A stretch of DNA of 49,084 nucleotides from an uncultured Bacilli bacterium (lineage in GTDB: Bacteria; Bacillota_I; Bacilli_A; RF39; UBA660). The translations under genes and the position numbers were made by a program. The notes below the pieces were generated by a model. That model had not been told where the DNA came from. It did no database searches and saw nothing but the letters and a program-made list of their open reading frames with translations. How positions within the stretch are numbered: the stretch's first letter is position 1; each line of letters starts with the position of its first letter. Of the stretch, positions 46,747 through 49,084 are shown in pieces. The stretch is from assembly GCA_910585335.1 (NCBI GenBank), contig CAJUCU010000001.1, forward strand, positions 107,888 through 156,971, written 5' to 3'.

Positions 46747-47645
46747 TATACTTTTAAATACCTCCTTACGGCATGAGCACTTCCTATCATACCGACAATA
46801 ATTCCTATTATTAGTATGGCAAGAGATGCACTATAGATAAATGGTTCTGGTTTGATTAGAATAATGACTGGCGAGAATAGATAGCCTTCAAAATGATTAT
46901 AGAAAGCTAAATATCCAAACGTTGTAATTAATATTGGAACGATGGCACCAATTGCTCCTAAAACCATTCCTTCTATAATAAATGGTGTTTTTATTGTGAA
47001 GTTGGATGCTCCTACCAATCGCATAATGGAAATTTCTCGTTTTCTTGAGAAAATAGTTAATTTTATGGTATTGACAATCAAGAATACAGTTACTAGTATT
47101 AGAGCAATTACAACTCCATATGCTACTTTTTCAATAGAGGCAAAAGCAACTACCATTTTGTCTACCATATTTTCTCCATAGCGAACAACGGATACTTTAT
47201 CCATTTTTTCAATTTTTCTTGCTGTGGCACCAATTTTCAAAATGTCTTTTACTTTTACTTGGAATGTATCTTTTAGCGGAGAAGATTCTTCATCCCAACC
47301 ATCCATTACAGTCTTAAAGACATCTGATTCCTTTATCATTTCTTTTTTAACATCCGCTTTGCTTTTAAAGTCATATTTTTCGACATTTTTTATTGCTTCA
47401 ATTTGGTCCTTGACTGATTCTATATCCTGCTCAGTTGCTTTGGTATCAAGGAATACTACAATTGTCATATCCTTTTCTAATTCTTTCGTAAAATTCTTTA
47501 CATTGAATGATGCAATGATGGCTATTGCTACAATAATTAAAGTAATTGTAATACAAGATATAGAAGCAAGGGACAAGCTGAAGTTTCTGAATACACTTTT
47601 AAAGGCATCACGGAAGCTTCTTCCTAACATTCTAAATAGCTTCAT
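46746..47645 (-). CDS. ftsX: Cell-division ABC transporter permease FtsX
   Basis: MKLFRMLGRSFRDAFKSVFRN.. with 4 TM segments and a large extracellular loop. The ATG at 47645 follows GAAAGGAAC and overlaps ftsE by 14 nt. Confidence 0.88.
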   Translation of the reverse strand: MKLFRMLGRSFRDAFKSVFRNFSLSLASISCITITLIIVAIAIIASFNVKNFTKELEKDMTIVVFLDTKATEQDIESVKDQIEAIKNVEKYDFKSKADVKKEMIKESDVFKTVMDGWDEESSPLKDTFQVKVKDILKIGATARKIEKMDKVSVVRYGENMVDKMVVAFASIEKVAYGVVIALILVTVFLIVNTIKLTIFSRKREISIMRLVGASNFTIKTPFIIEGMVLGAIGAIVPILITTFGYLAFYNHFEGYLFSPVIILIKPEPFIYSASLAILIIGIIVGMIGSAHAVRRYLKV

Positions 47646-48336
47646 GATAAGTTCCTTTCTCTTTAAAGTCAATTAATCTGCCATCCTTTAAAGTAAGTAC
47701 CTGTTTTTTCATATTATTTACAATTTCTTTATCATGCGTTGCCATAATAATTGTTGTACCTGTTTCTTTATTAATATTGTCTAAAACTTTCATGATTTCC
47801 ATACTCATATCTGGGTCTAAGTTTCCTGTTGGCTCATCACAAAGGAGAAGCTTTGGTTCATTTACTATAGCACGAGCAATGGCTACACGTTGTTGTTCTC
47901 CTCCTGATAATTGATCTGGATAATTATGAATTTTATTTTTTAGACCAACTACTTCTAATGCTTTTAGCACTTTGGTACGAGCTTCATTCTTGCTAGCTCC
48001 GATTACTTCCATTGCAAAATTTACATTTTCATAAACTGTTAATTTAGGAAGAAGTCTATAGTCTTGGAAAACAATCCCTAGTTTTCTTCTTAATTTATAT
48101 ACTTTTGTATTTCTTAGCTTTACAACATTTACTCCACCAACTACGATTTGTCCCCTACTTGGGCGCTCTTCTCGGTAAAGCATCTTTATTAGTGTTGATT
48201 TACCACTACCAGAACCTCCAATTACGAAAGTAAAAGACCCTTTTTTGATTGATAAATCCAGGTCTTGAATAGCGGTAACTCCATTTTTATATTGTTTGCT
48301 TACATTCTTTAATCTGATTAGATCCACTAAATTCAC
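47632..48336 (-). CDS. ftsE: Cell-division ATP-binding protein FtsE
   Basis: GGSGSGKST, LSGGEQQRVAIARA and LLLCDEPTGNLD motifs. The start is GTG 48336 or, more likely, GTG 48327 (AAGGTAGGTGA SD). Confidence 0.9.
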   Translation of the reverse strand: MNLVDLIRLKNVSKQYKNGVTAIQDLDLSIKKGSFTFVIGGSGSGKSTLIKMLYREERPSRGQIVVGGVNVVKLRNTKVYKLRRKLGIVFQDYRLLPKLTVYENVNFAMEVIGASKNEARTKVLKALEVVGLKNKIHNYPDQLSGGEQQRVAIARAIVNEPKLLLCDEPTGNLDPDMSMEIMKVLDNINKETGTTIIMATHDKEIVNNMKKQVLTLKDGRLIDFKEKGTYHEAI

Positions 48337-48424
48337 CTACCTTGATATACTGGTATATATGTATTATAGCATATTAATCGACAAAAAAAAAGGAAGTTAG
48401 ACTACCTTTTTCTGGAAGTTTACA

Positions 48425-49084
48425 TTATTTTCCACCTTCTACTTGATAGGCATCACAGGCTAAGAAGAAGGCATCACTATCTAACATTTTAATTCCTGTT
48501 GTTACTTGGAAGTATTCACGAGAGGGAACAACGGTTAATAATACTTTTCTTCTTTTCTGTAAAAATCCTCCTTTTACATCAAATACTGTAACACTGTGAT
48601 TCAAGTGATTAATAATATACTCTTTTACTTCTTCCTCTTTACTTGTAATAATATAGAAAGCTTTGTTGTTGGAAATCCCTAGTAAAACTCGATCTATTAA
48701 TAAGCTTGTAATAAATAGAATTATCATGGCATACATAACAATGGCAAATCCAAAGAAGAAGCCGCCAATTAATACCACTATCATATTAATAATGAAGCTA
48801 GATTTAGAAACAGGGATATTAAAGTACTTAAATAGAATTTGACTTATAATTTGAAGTCCTCCATTACTAAATCCTACTTTAAATATGATTCCATTTAATA
48901 CACCACTAATAGCACCTATAAAAATAGATATTAATAATAAATCGCTCATATCAATTGTGATAAAACTTCCAATATCTTCTGTTAAATGCACAAAAACAGG
49001 ATAAATTAGGGTTGCTACAATGGAACCTGATGTTTTTTCCACTCCTAAATATAGAAAACTTAAAAGTAAAAGAGCTCCTGATAA
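48425..49084 (-). CDS. YitT-family (DUF161/DUF2179) membrane protein, 5' end beyond the window
   Basis: The frame stays open to position 49084 (..LSGALLLLSFLYLGVEKTSGS..). It has TM repeats plus a C-terminal soluble domain (..VTVFDVKGGF..LLTVVPSREY..). Confidence 0.75.
   Translation of the reverse strand, partial: LSGALLLLSFLYLGVEKTSGSIVATLIYPVFVHLTEDIGSFITIDMSDLLLISIFIGAISGVLNGIIFKVGFSNGGLQIISQILFKYFNIPVSKSSFIINMIVVLIGGFFFGFAIVMYAMIILFITSLLIDRVLLGISNNKAFYIITSKEEEVKEYIINHLNHSVTVFDVKGGFLQKRRKVLLTVVPSREYFQVTTGIKMLDSDAFFLACDAYQVEGGK

Noticed and set aside
47224-47676. 150-aa plus-strand ORF, together with many other plus-strand ORFs in the track (for example 1376-1639, 19171-19590, 20648-21031, 22318-22683, 24508-24873, 6670-6996, 8854-9201)
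   Set aside because: All lie antisense to well-supported minus-strand genes. Their translations are F/L/S/I-rich low-complexity sequence typical of shadow ORFs in AT-rich DNA, and none has a convincing SD.
48391-48420. Repeated GGAAGTT motifs plus a T/A run after the YitT-family gene as a terminator
   Set aside because: The repeats are direct, not inverted, so no stable hairpin can form.
1-49084. CRISPR arrays, tRNA/rRNA genes, IS elements or prophage blocks
   Set aside because: Scanning by eye showed no regularly spaced direct repeats, no cloverleaf-like GC-rich segments in the intergenic gaps, and no transposase or integrase ORFs other than the lone Rpn-like gene. A dedicated tool could still find small RNAs that I cannot see.

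Overview
This is an AT-rich, Firmicutes-type chromosomal window. The gene order resembles Bacilli/Erysipelotrichia/Clostridia, and spo0A is present. Every gene I call is on the minus strand except clpP.

Gene content, left to right on the + strand:
- An Illumina adapter plus a foldback artefact sits at the contig end.
- The S10-spc-alpha ribosomal supraoperon follows, running rpsK back to rpsJ. It lacks rpmD, and rplC carries an acidic tail.
- Next come an SOS-type dinB, an orphan repeat/coiled-coil protein, and a fragmented glycolytic cluster (gpmI, tpiA, pgk, gap). That cluster is interleaved with an AAA ATPase, spo0A, a three-gene membrane-lipid block and an acidic orphan.
- Then come a long uridine-kinase-family protein, clpP and an Rpn-like PD-(D/E)XK gene.
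- A long uvrA-yvlD-lgt-trxB-yvcK-whiA operon follows.
- Further right are uvrB with an abutting radical SAM/SPASM gene, a nonsense-riddled pseudogene, a GT2 plus nucleotidyltransferase pair, ftsE-ftsX-M23 peptidase, and a partial YitT-family gene.

The best candidate for something undescribed is a self-contained operon inserted between uvrB-rSAM and uvrA (about 36.6-39.9 kb). It consists of:
- a 29-codon leader ORF whose stop abuts a 12-bp inverted repeat;
- a C-terminally truncated Rel/SpoT homologue with an intact HD hydrolase motif set, an apparently altered synthetase catalytic motif and a TGS domain;
- a 183-aa orphan;
- an amidoligase-like (glutamine-synthetase-fold) protein, followed by its own terminator.

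No rRNA, tRNA, CRISPR array or obvious IS element or prophage was seen. All family assignments come from motif recognition by eye and memory. No searches or computations were run.
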